Below, piece by piece: positions 53,914-64,000 of a stretch of DNA of 64,000 nt; position 1 is the stretch's first letter; every line of letters begins with the position of its first letter. The stretch comes from the human T2T-CHM13v2.0 reference genome, Homo sapiens. Under the pieces are notes generated by a model. The model did not search any database, was not told where the DNA came from, and worked only from the letters and a program-made list of their open reading frames with translations. A program made the translations under genes and the position numbers. The stretch is taken from assembly GCF_009914755.1 (NCBI RefSeq), contig NC_060936.1. The stretch is one strand, 5' to 3'.

Positions 53914-55272
53914 CAAATATCCACTTGCAGACATTACAAACAGAGTGTTTCCAAACTGCTCCATCAAAAGAAAGGTTAAACTCTGTGAGCTGAACACACA
54001 CATCAAAAAGAAGTTTCTGTGAATGATTCTGTCTAGATTTTATAAGAAGATGTTTCCTTTTCTACCGTAGGCCTCAAAGCGCTTGAAATCTCCAGCTGCA
54101 AATTCCACAAAAAGGGTGTTTAACATCTGCTCTTCTAAAGGAAAGTTCAACTCTATGAGTTGAATACACACAGCACAAAGAAGTTACTGAGACTTCTCCT
54201 ATCAAACATTATATGAAGAAATCCCGCTTCCAACGAAGGCCTCAAAGAAGTCCAAATATCTGCTCGCAAACTTTACAGACAGAGTGTTTCCAAACTGCTC
54301 CATCAAAAGAAAGGTTAACCTCCTTGAGTTGAACACACACATCACAAAGTAGTTTCTGTGAGTGATTCTTTCTAGTTTTTATACGAAGATGTTTCCTTTT
54401 CTACCTTTGGTCTCAATGCGATTGAAATCTCCACATGGAAACTCCACAAAAAGAGTGTTTCAAATCTTCTCTTTCTGAAGGAAGGTTCAACTCTGTGAGT
54501 TGAATACACACACCACAAATAAGTTACTGAGAATTCTTCTGTGTAACATTATATGAGGAAATCCCGTTTCCAACGAAGGCCTCAAAGAGGTCCAAATATC
54601 CACTTGCAGACTTTACAAAGACAGTGTCTCCAAACTCCTCCATCAAAAGAAAGGTTATACTCTGTGAATTGAACGCACACATCACAAAGTAGTTTCTGAG
54701 AATGATTCTGACTAGTTTTTATACGAAGATATTTCCTTTTCTACATTTGGCCTAAAAGCACTTGAAATCTCCACCTGCAAATATCACAAAAAGAGGGTTT
54801 CACATCTGCTCTGTCTAAAGGACAGTTCACCTCTGTGAGTTGAATAGAGGCAACACATAGAACTTACTCAGTATTCTTCTTTCTAGCGTTCCATGAAGAA
54901 AACCCGTTTCCAACGAAGACCTCAAAGAGGTCCAAATATCTGCTTGCAGACTTTACAGACAGAGTGTTTCCAAACTACTTTATGAAAAGAAAGCTTAAAC
55001 ATCTTGAGTTGAACGCACACATCACAAAGTAGTTTCTGAGAATGATTCTGTCTAGTTTTTATACGAAGATGTTTCCTTTTCTACATTTGGACTCAAAGCG
55101 ATTGAAATCTCCAACTGGAAACTGCACAAATAGGGTGTTTCAAATCTGCTCTGTCTAAAGGAAGGTTCAACTCTGTGAGTTGAATACACACACCACAAAT
55201 AAGTTACTGAGAATTCTTCTGTCGAACATTACATGAAGAAATCCCGTTTCCAACAAAGGCCTCAAAGAGGTC

Positions 55273-58200
55273 CAAATATCCACTTGCAGACATTACAAAC
55301 AGTGTGTTTCCAAACTGCTCCATCAAAAGAAAGGTTAAACTCTGTGAGCTGAACACACACATCAAAAAGAAGTTTCTGTGAATGATTCTGTCTAGATTTT
55401 ATACGAAGATGTTTCCTTTTCTACCGCAGGCCTCAAAGCGCTTGAAATCTCCAGCTGCAAATTCCACAAAAAGGGGGTTTAACATCTGCTCTTCTAAAGG
55501 AAAGTTCAACTCTATGAGTTGAATACACACAGCACAAAGAAGTTACTGAGACTTCTCCTATCAAACATTATATGAAGAAATCCCGTTTCCAACGAAGGCC
55601 TCAAAGACGTCCAAATATCCACTTGCAGACATTATAAACAGTGTGTTTCCAAACTGCTCCATCAAAAGAAAGGTTAAACTCTGTGAGCTGAACACACACA
55701 TCAAAAAGAAGTTTCTGTGAATGATTCTGTCTAGATTTTATAAGAAGATGTTTCCTTTTCTACCATAGGCCTCAAAGCGCTTGAAATCTCCAGCTGCAAA
55801 TTCCACAAAAAGGGTGTTTAACATCTGCTCTTCTAAAGGAAAGTTCAAATCTATGAGTTGAATACACACAGCACAAAGAAGTTACTGAGACTTCTCCTAT
55901 CAAACATTATATGAAGAAATCCCGTTTCCAACGAAGGCCTCAAAGAGGTCCAAATATCTGCTTGCAGACTTTACAGACAGAGTGTTTCCAAACTGCTCCA
56001 TCAAAAGAAAGGTTAACCTCCTTGAGTTGAACACACACATCACAAAGTAGTTTCTGTGAATGATTCTTTCTAGTTTTTATACGAAGATGTTTCCTTTTCT
56101 ACCTTTGGTCTCAATGCGATTGAAATCTCCACATGGAAACTCCACAAAAAGAGTGTTTCAAATCTGCTCTTTCTGAAGGAAGGTTCAACTCTGTGAGTTG
56201 AATACACACACCACAAATAAGTTACTGAGAATTCTTCTGTGTAACATTATATGAGGAAATCCCGTTTCCAACGAAGGCCTCAAAGAGGTCCAAATATCCA
56301 CTTGCAGACTTTACAAAGACAGTGTCTCCAAACTCCTCCATCAAAAGAAAGGTTATACTCTGTGAATTGAACGCACACATCACAAAGTAGTTTCTGAGAA
56401 TGATTGTGTCTAGTTTTTATACGAAGACATTTCCTTTTCTACATTTGGCCTAAAAGCGCTTGAAATCTCCACCTGCAAATATCAGAAAAAGAGGGTTTCA
56501 CATCTGCTCTGTCTAAAGGACAGTTCACCTCTGTGAGTTGAATAGAGGCAACACAAAGTACTTACTCAGTATTCTTCTTTCTAGCGTTCTATGAAGAAAT
56601 CCCGTTTCCAACGAAGGCCTCAAAGAGGTCCAAATATCTGCTTGCAGACTTTACAGAGTGTTTCCAAACTACTCTATGAAAAGAAAGCTTAAACTCCTTG
56701 AGTTGAACGCACACATCACAAAGTAGTTTCTGAGAATGATTCTGTCTAGTTTTTATACGAAGATGTTTCCTTTTCTACATTTCGTCTCAAAGCGATTGAA
56801 ATCTCCAACTGGAAACTGCACAAATAGGGTGTTTCAAATCTGCTCTGTCTAAAGGAAGGTTCAACTCTGTGAGTTGAATACACACACCACAAATAAGTTA
56901 CTGAGAATTCTTCTGTCGAACATTACATGAAGAAATCCCGTTTCCAACGAAGGCCTCAAAGAGGTCCAAATATCCACTTGCAGACATTACAAACAGAGTG
57001 TTTCCAAACTGCTCCATCAAAAGAAAGGTTAAACTCTGTGAGCTGAACACACACATCAAAAAGAAGTTTCTGTGAATGATTCTGTCTAGATTTTATAAGA
57101 AGATGTTTCCTTTTCTACCGTAGGCCTCAAAGCGCTTGAAATCTCCAGCTGCAAATTCCACAAAAAGGGTGTTTAACATCTGCTCTTCTAAAGGAATGTT
57201 CAACTCTATGAGTTGAATACACACAGCACAAAGAAGTTACTGAGACTTCTCCTATCAAACATTATATGAAGAAATCCCGCTTCCAACGAAGGCCTCAAAG
57301 AAGTCCAAATTTCTGCTCACAAACTTTACAGACAGAGTGTTTCCAAACTGCTCCATCAAAAGAAAGGTTAACCTCCTTGAGTTGAACACACACATCACAA
57401 AGTAGTTTCTGTGAGTGATTCTTTCTAGTTTTTATACGAAGATGTTTCCTTTTCTACCTTTGGTCTCAATGCGATTGAAATCTCCACATGGAAACTCCAC
57501 AAAAAGAGTGTTTCAAATCTGCTCTTTCTGAAGGAAGGTTCAAATCTGTGAGTTGAATACACACACCACAAATAAGTTACTGAGAATTCTTCTGTGTAAC
57601 ATTATATGAGGAAATCCCGTTTCCAACGAAGGCCTCAAAGAGTTCCAAATATCCACTTGCAGACTTTACAAAGACAGTGTCTCCAAACTCCTCCATCAAA
57701 AGAAAGGTTATACTCTGTGAATTGAACGCACACATCACAAAGTAGTTTCTGAGAATGATTCTGACTACTTTTTATACGAAGATATTCCCTTTTCTACATT
57801 TGGCCTAAAAGCACTTGAAATCTCCACCTGCAAATATCACAAAAAGAGGGTTTCACATCTGCTCTGTCTAAAGGACAGTTCACCTCTGTGATTTGAATAG
57901 AGGCAACACATAGAACTTACTCAGTATTCTTCTTTCTAGCGTTCCATGAAGAAAACCCGTTTCCAACGAAGGCCTCAAAGAGGTCCAAATATCTGCTTGC
58001 AGACTTTACAGACAGAGTGTTTCCAAACAACTTTATGAAAAGAAAGCTTAAACTCCTTGAGTTGAACGCACACATCACAAAGCAGTTTCTGAGAATGATT
58101 CTGTCTAGTTTTTATACGAAGATGTTTCCTTTTCTACATTTCGTCTCAAAGCGATTGAAATCTCCAACTGGAAACTGCACAAATAGGGTGTTTCAAATCT

Positions 58201-61200
58201 GCTCTGTCTAAAGGAAGGTTCAACTCTGTGAGTTGAATACACACACCACAAATAAGTTACTGAGAATTCTTCTGTCGAACATTACATGAAGAAATCCCGT
58301 TTCCAACGAAGGCCTCAAAGAGGTCCAAATATCCACTTGCAGACATTACAGAGTGTTTCCAAACTGCTCCATCAAAAGAAAGGTTAAAGTCTGTGAGCTG
58401 AACACACACATCAAAAAGAAGTTTCTGTGAGTGATTCTGTCTAGATTTTATAAGAAGATGTTTCCTTTTCTACCATAGGCCTCAAAGCGCTTGAAATCTC
58501 CAGCTGCAAATTCCACAAAAAGGGGGTTTAACATCTGCTCTTCTAAAGGAAAGTTCAACTCTATGAGTTGAATACACACAGCACAAAGAAGTTACTGAGA
58601 CTTCTCCTATCAAACATTATATGAAGAAATCCCGTTTCCAACGAAGGCCTCAAAGACGTCCAAATATCCACTTGCAGACATTATAAACAGTGTGTTTCCA
58701 AACTGCTCCATCAAAAGAAAGGTTAAACTCTGTGAGCTGAACACACACATCAAAAAGAAGTTTCTGTGAATGATTCTGTCTAGATTTTATAAGAAGATGT
58801 TTCCTTTTCTACCATAGGCCTCAAAGCGCTTGAAATCTCCAGCTGCAAATTCCACAAAAAGGGTGTTTAACATCTGCTCTTCTAAAGGAAAGTTCAAATC
58901 TATGAGTTGAATACACACAGCACAAAGAAGTTACTGAGACTTCTCCTATCAAACATTATATGAAGAAATCCCGTTTCCAACGAAGGCCTCAAAGAGGTCC
59001 AAATATCTGCTTGCAGACTTTACAGACAGAGTGTTTCCAAACAGCTCCATCAAAAGAAAGGTTAACCTCCTTGAGTTGAACACACACATCACAAAGTAGT
59101 TTCTGTGAATGATTCTTTCTAGTTTTTATACGAAGATGTTTCCTTTTCTACCTTTGGTCTGAATGCGATTGAAATCTCCACATGGAAACTCCACAAAAAG
59201 AGTGTTTCAAATCTGCTCTTTCTGAAGGAAGGTTCAACTCTGTGAGTTGAATACACACACCACAAATAAGTTACTGAGAATTCTTCTGTGTAACATTATA
59301 TGAGGAAATCCCGTTTCCAACGAAGGCCTCAAAGAGGTCCAAATATCCACTTGCAGACTTTACAAAGACAGTGTCTCCAAACTCCTCCATCAAAAGAAAG
59401 GTTATACTCTGTGAATTGAACGCACACATCACAAAGTAGTTTCTGAGAATGATTGTGTCTAGTTTTTATACGAAGATATTTCCTTTTCTACATTTGGCCT
59501 AAAAGCGCTTGAAATCTCCACCTGCAAATATCAGAAAAAGAGGGTTTCACATCTGCTCTGTCTAAAGGACAGTTCACCTCTGTGAGTTGAATAGAGGCAA
59601 CACAAAGTACTTACTCAGTATTCTTCTTTCTAGCGTTCTATGAAGAAATCCCGTTTCCAACGAAGGCCTCAAAGAGGTCCAAATATCTGCTTGCAGACTT
59701 TACAGAGTGTTTCCAAACTACTCTATGAAAAGAAAGCTTAAACTCCTTGAGTTGAACGCACACATCACAAAGTAGTTTCTGAGAATGATTCTGTCTAGTT
59801 TTTATACGAAGATGTTTCCTTTTCTACATTTCGTCTCAAAGCGATTGAAATCTCCAACTGGAAACTGCACAAATAGGGTGTTTCAAATCTGCTCTGTCTA
59901 AAGGAAGGTTCAACTCTGTGAGTTGAATACACACACCACAAATAAGTTACTGAGAATTCTTCTGTCGAACATTACATGAAGAAATCCCGTTTCCAACGAA
60001 GGCCTCAAAGAGGTCCAAATATCCACTTGCAGACATTACAAACAGAGTGTTTCCAAACTGCTCCATCAAAAGAAAGGTTAAACTCTGTGAGCTGAACACA
60101 CACATCAAAAAGAAGTTTCTGTGAATGATTCTGTCTAGATTTTATAAGAAGATGTTTCCTTTTCTACTGTAGGCCTCAAAGCGCTTGAAATCTCCAGCTG
60201 CAAATTCCACAAAAAGGGTGTTTAACATCTGCTCTTCTAAAGGAATGTTCAACTCTATGAGTTGAATACACACAGCACAAAGAAGTTACTGAGACTTCTC
60301 CTATCAAACATTATATGAAGAAATCCCGCTTCCAACGAAGGCCTCAAAGAAGTCCAAATTTCTGCTCACAAACTTTACAGACAGAGTGTTTCCAAACTGC
60401 TCCATCAAAAGAAAGGTTAACCTCCTTGAGTTGAACACACACATCACAAAGTAGTTTCTGTGAGTGATTCTTTCTAGTTTTTATACGAAGATGTTTCCTT
60501 TTCTACCTTTGGTCTCAATGCGATTGAAATCTCCACATGGAAACTCCACAAAAAGAGTGTTTCAAATCTGCTCTTTCTGAAGGAAGGTTCAAATCTGTGA
60601 GTTGAATACACACACCACAAATAAGTTACTGAGAATTCTTCTGTGTAACATTATATGAGGAAATCCCGTTTCCAACGAAGGCCTCAAAGAGTTCCAAATA
60701 TCCACTTGCAGACTTTACAAAGACAGTGTCTCCAAACTCCTCCATCAAAAGAAAGGTTATACTCTGTGAATTGAACGCACACATCACAAAGTAGTTTCTG
60801 AGAATGATTCTGACTACTTTTTATACGAAGATATTTCCTTTTCTACATTTGGCCTAAAAGCACTTGAAATCTCCACCTGCAAATATCACAAAAAGAGGGT
60901 TTCACATCTGCTCTGTCTAAAGGACAGTTCACCTCTGTGATTTGAATAGAGGCAACACATAGAACTTACTCAGTATTCTTCTTTCTAGCGTTCCATGAAG
61001 AAAACCCGTTTCCAACGAAGGCCTCAAAGAGGTCCAAATATCTGCTTGCAGACTTTACAGACAGAGTGTTTCCAAACAACTTTATGAAAAGAAAGCTTAA
61101 ACTCCTTGAGTTGAACGCACATATCACAAAGTAGTTTCTGAGAATGATTCTGTCTAGTTTTTATACGAAGATGTTTCCTTTTCTACATTTCGTCTCAAAG

Positions 61201-64000
61201 CGATTGAAATCTCCAACTGGAAACTGCACAAATAGGGTGTTTCAAATCTGCTCTGTCTAAAGGAAGGTTCAACTCTGTGAGTTGAATACACACACCACAA
61301 ATAAGTTACTGAGAATTCTTCTGTCGAACATTACATGAAGAAATCCCGTTTCCAACGAAGGCCTCAAAGAGGTCCAAATATCCACTTGCAGACATTACAG
61401 AGTGTTTCCAAACTGCTCCATCAAAAGAAAGGTTAAAGTCTGTGAGCTGAACACACACATCAAAAAGAAGTTTCTGTGAGTGATTCTGTCTAGATTTTAT
61501 AAGAAGATGTTTCCTTTTCTACCATAGGCCTCAAAGCGCTTGAAATCTCCAGCTGCAAATTCCACAAAAAGGGGGTTTAACATCTGCTCTTCTAAAGGAA
61601 AGTTCAACTCTATGAGTTGAATACACACAGCACAAAGAAGTTACTGAGACTTCTCCTATCAAACATTATATGAAGAAATCCCGTTTCCAACGAAGGCCTC
61701 AAAGACGTCCAAATATCCACTTGCAGACATTATAAACAGTGTGTTTCCAAACTGCTCCATCAAAAGAAAGGTTAAACTCTGTGAGCTGAACACACACATC
61801 AAAAAGAAGTTTCTGTGAATGATTCTGTCTAGATTTTATAATAAGATGTTTCCTTTTCTACCATAGGCCTCAAAGCGCTTGAAATCTCCAGCTGCAAATT
61901 CCACAAAAAGGGTGTTTAACATCTGCTCTTCTAAAGGAAAGTTCAAATCTATGAGTTGAATACACACAGCACAAAGAAGTTACTGAGACTTCTCCTATCA
62001 AACATTATATGAAGAAATCCCGTTTCCAACGAAGGCCTCAAAGAGGTCCAAATATCTGCTTGCAGACTTTACAGACAGAGTGTTTCCAAACTGCTCCATC
62101 AAAAGAAAGGTTAACCTCCTTGAGTTGAACACACACATCACAAAGTAGTTTCTGTGAATGATTCTTTCTAGTTTTTATACGAAGATGTTTCCTTTTCTAC
62201 CTTTGGTCTCAATGCGATTGAAATCTCCACATGGAAACTCCACAAAAAGAGTGTTTCAAATCTGCTCTTTCTGAAGGAAGGTTCAACTCTGTGAGTTGAA
62301 TACACACACCACAATAAGTTACTGAGAATTCTTCTGTGTAACATTATATGAGGAAATCCCGTTTCCAACGAAGGCCTCAAAGAGGTCCAAATATCCACTT
62401 GCAGAATTTACAAAGACAGTGTCTCCAAACTCCTCCATCAAAAGAAAGGTTATACTCTGTGAATTGAACGCACACATCACAAAGTAGTTTCTGAGAATGA
62501 TTGTGTCTAGTTTTTATACGAAGATATTTCCTTTTCTACATTTGGCCTAAAAGCGCTTGAAATCTCCACCTGCAAATATCAGAAAAAGAGGGTTTCACAT
62601 CTGCTCTGTCTAAAGGACAGTTCACCTCTGTGAGTTGAATAGAGGCAACACAAAGTACTTACTCAGTATTCTTCTTTCTAGCGTTCTATGAAGAAATCCC
62701 GTTTCCAACGAAGGCCTCAAAGAGGTCCAAATATCTGCTTGCAGACTTTACAGAGTGTTTCCAAACTACTCTATGAAAAGAAAGCTTAAACTCCTTGAGT
62801 TGAACGCACACATCACAAAGTAGTTTCTGAGAATGATTCTGTCTAGTTTTTATACGAAGATGTTTCCTTTTCTACATTTCGTCTCAAAGCGATTGAAATC
62901 TCCAACTGGAAACTGCACAAATAGGGTGTTTCAAATCTGCTCTGTCTAAAGGAAGGTTCAACTCTGTGAGTTGAATACACACACCACAAATAAGTTACTG
63001 AGAATTCTTCTGTCGAACATTACATGAAGAAATCCCGTTTCCAACGAAGGCCTCAAAGAGGTCCAAATATCCACTTGCAGACATTACAAACAGAGTGTTT
63101 CCAAACTGCTCCATCAAAAGAAAGGTTAAACTCTGTGAGCTGAACACACACATCAAAAAGAAGTTTCTGTGAATGATTCTGTCTAGATTTTATAAGAAGA
63201 TGTTTCCTTTTCTACTGTAGGCCTCAAAGCGCTTGAAATCTCCAGCTGCAAATTCCACAAAAAGGGTGTTTAACATCTGCTCTTCTAAAGGAATGTTCAA
63301 CTCTATGAGTTGAATACACACAGCACAAAGAAGTTACTGAGACTTCTCCTATCAAACATTATATGAAGAAATCCCGCTTCCAACGAAGGCCTCAAAGAAG
63401 TCCAAATTTCTGCTCACAAACTTTACAGACAGAGTGTTTCCAAACTGCTCCATCAAAAGAAAGGTTAACCTCCTTGAGTTGAACACACACATCACAAAGT
63501 AGTTTCTGTGAGTGATTCTTTCTAGTTTTTATACGAAGATGTTTCCTTTTCTACCTTTGGTCTCAATGCGATTGAAATCTCCACATGGAAACTCCACAAA
63601 AAGAGTGTTTCAAATCTGCTCTTTCTGAAGGAAGGTTCAAATCTGTGAGTTGAATACACACACCACAAATAAGTTACTGAGAATTCTTCTGTGTAACATT
63701 ATATGAGGAAATCCCGTTTCCAACGAAGGCCTCAAAGAGTTCCAAATATCCACTTGCAGACTTTACAAAGACAGTGTCTCCAAACTCCTCCATCAAAAGA
63801 AAGGTTATACTCTGTGAATTGAACGCACACATCACAAAGTAGTTTCTGAGAATGATTCTGACTACTTTTTATACGAAGATATTTCCTTTTCTACATTTGG
63901 CCTAAAAGCACTTGAAATCTCCACCTGCAAATATCACAAAAAGAGGGTTTCACATCTGCTCTGTCTAAAGGACAGTTCACCTCTGTGATTTGAATAGAGG
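55273..64000 (-). repeat. Homogeneous tandem of 18-mer super-HORs (55273-58325, 58326-61374, 61375-end, partial)
   Basis: GACGTC at 55606, 58655 and 61704, exactly 3049 bp apart. The units are nearly identical to each other and to 1-3049. Confidence 0.92.

Larger units (their letters stand above)
1..64000 (-). repeat. Alpha-satellite (alphoid) centromeric HOR array, SF1-like dimeric organisation, basic 8-mer HOR of ~1359 bp
   Basis: Uninterrupted tandem ~170-bp monomers. TCCCGTTTCCAACGAAG (reverse complement of the CENP-B box CTTCGTTGGAAACGGGA) recurs every 335-341 bp. Four dimer types are distinguishable: A (GACATTAC, GAGCTGAAC, CCAGCTGC; 339 bp), B (CTACCTTTGGTCTC, CCACATGG; 340), C (CAGTGTCTCC, AGAGGCAAC; 340) and D (CTCTATGAAAAGAAAGCTT, CCAACTGG; 340). 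Orientation is the same throughout. Confidence 0.99.
1..64000 (-). other. Tentative locus assignment: human chromosome 10 active alpha-satellite array (D10Z1 / S1C10H1L); chromosome 12 D12Z3 is the alternative SF1 8-mer
   Basis: SF1-type dimer plus 8-monomer HOR with frequent even-numbered length variants. The sequence resembles chr10 alphoid as I recall it; no alignment was run. Confidence 0.65.

Noticed and set aside
12092-62398. Thirteen short ORFs (63-108 aa) in the ORF track, several nearly identical
   Set aside because: They are translations of alpha-satellite that appear where an SNV or 1-bp indel removes a stop codon. Their similarity reflects the repeat, and there is no gene structure or recognisable domain.
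305-64000. Regularly spaced conserved motif resembling a CRISPR repeat-spacer array
   Set aside because: The intervening sequences are homologous satellite monomers rather than unique spacers, there are no cas genes, and the motif is the CENP-B box.
1-64000. Possible L1/Alu insertion, inversion or non-alphoid island
   Set aside because: Walking dimer by dimer, I found no poly-A tail, target-site duplication, strand switch or break in periodicity.

Overview
The whole 64 kb window is primate (human-type) centromeric alpha-satellite DNA. It has ~170-bp monomers arranged as 339-340-bp dimers, with a CENP-B box in every second monomer (suprachromosomal family 1-like). The basic higher-order repeat (HOR) is an 8-mer of ~1359 bp made of four dimers I label A-B-C-D; the 8-mer size and sequence suggest the chromosome 10 D10Z1 array, but that assignment is from recall and is tentative. 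I found no gene, transposon insertion, inversion or other non-satellite sequence, and all listed ORFs are by-products of the repeat. I cannot support a new gene-based system here. The interesting content is array architecture. Two flanking domains (1-~18.3 kb and ~55.3-64 kb) are built on an 18-mer super-HOR (A-A-B-C-D-A-B-C-D, ~3049 bp). They enclose a central domain (~23-54 kb) of a different HOR haplotype with nested duplications and 4/6/10/12-mer variants. Also present are an apparent ancestral intermediate HOR, two mutation clusters, and amplified HOR copies with broken CENP-B boxes. All coordinates and counts were read by eye, so breakpoints are approximate.
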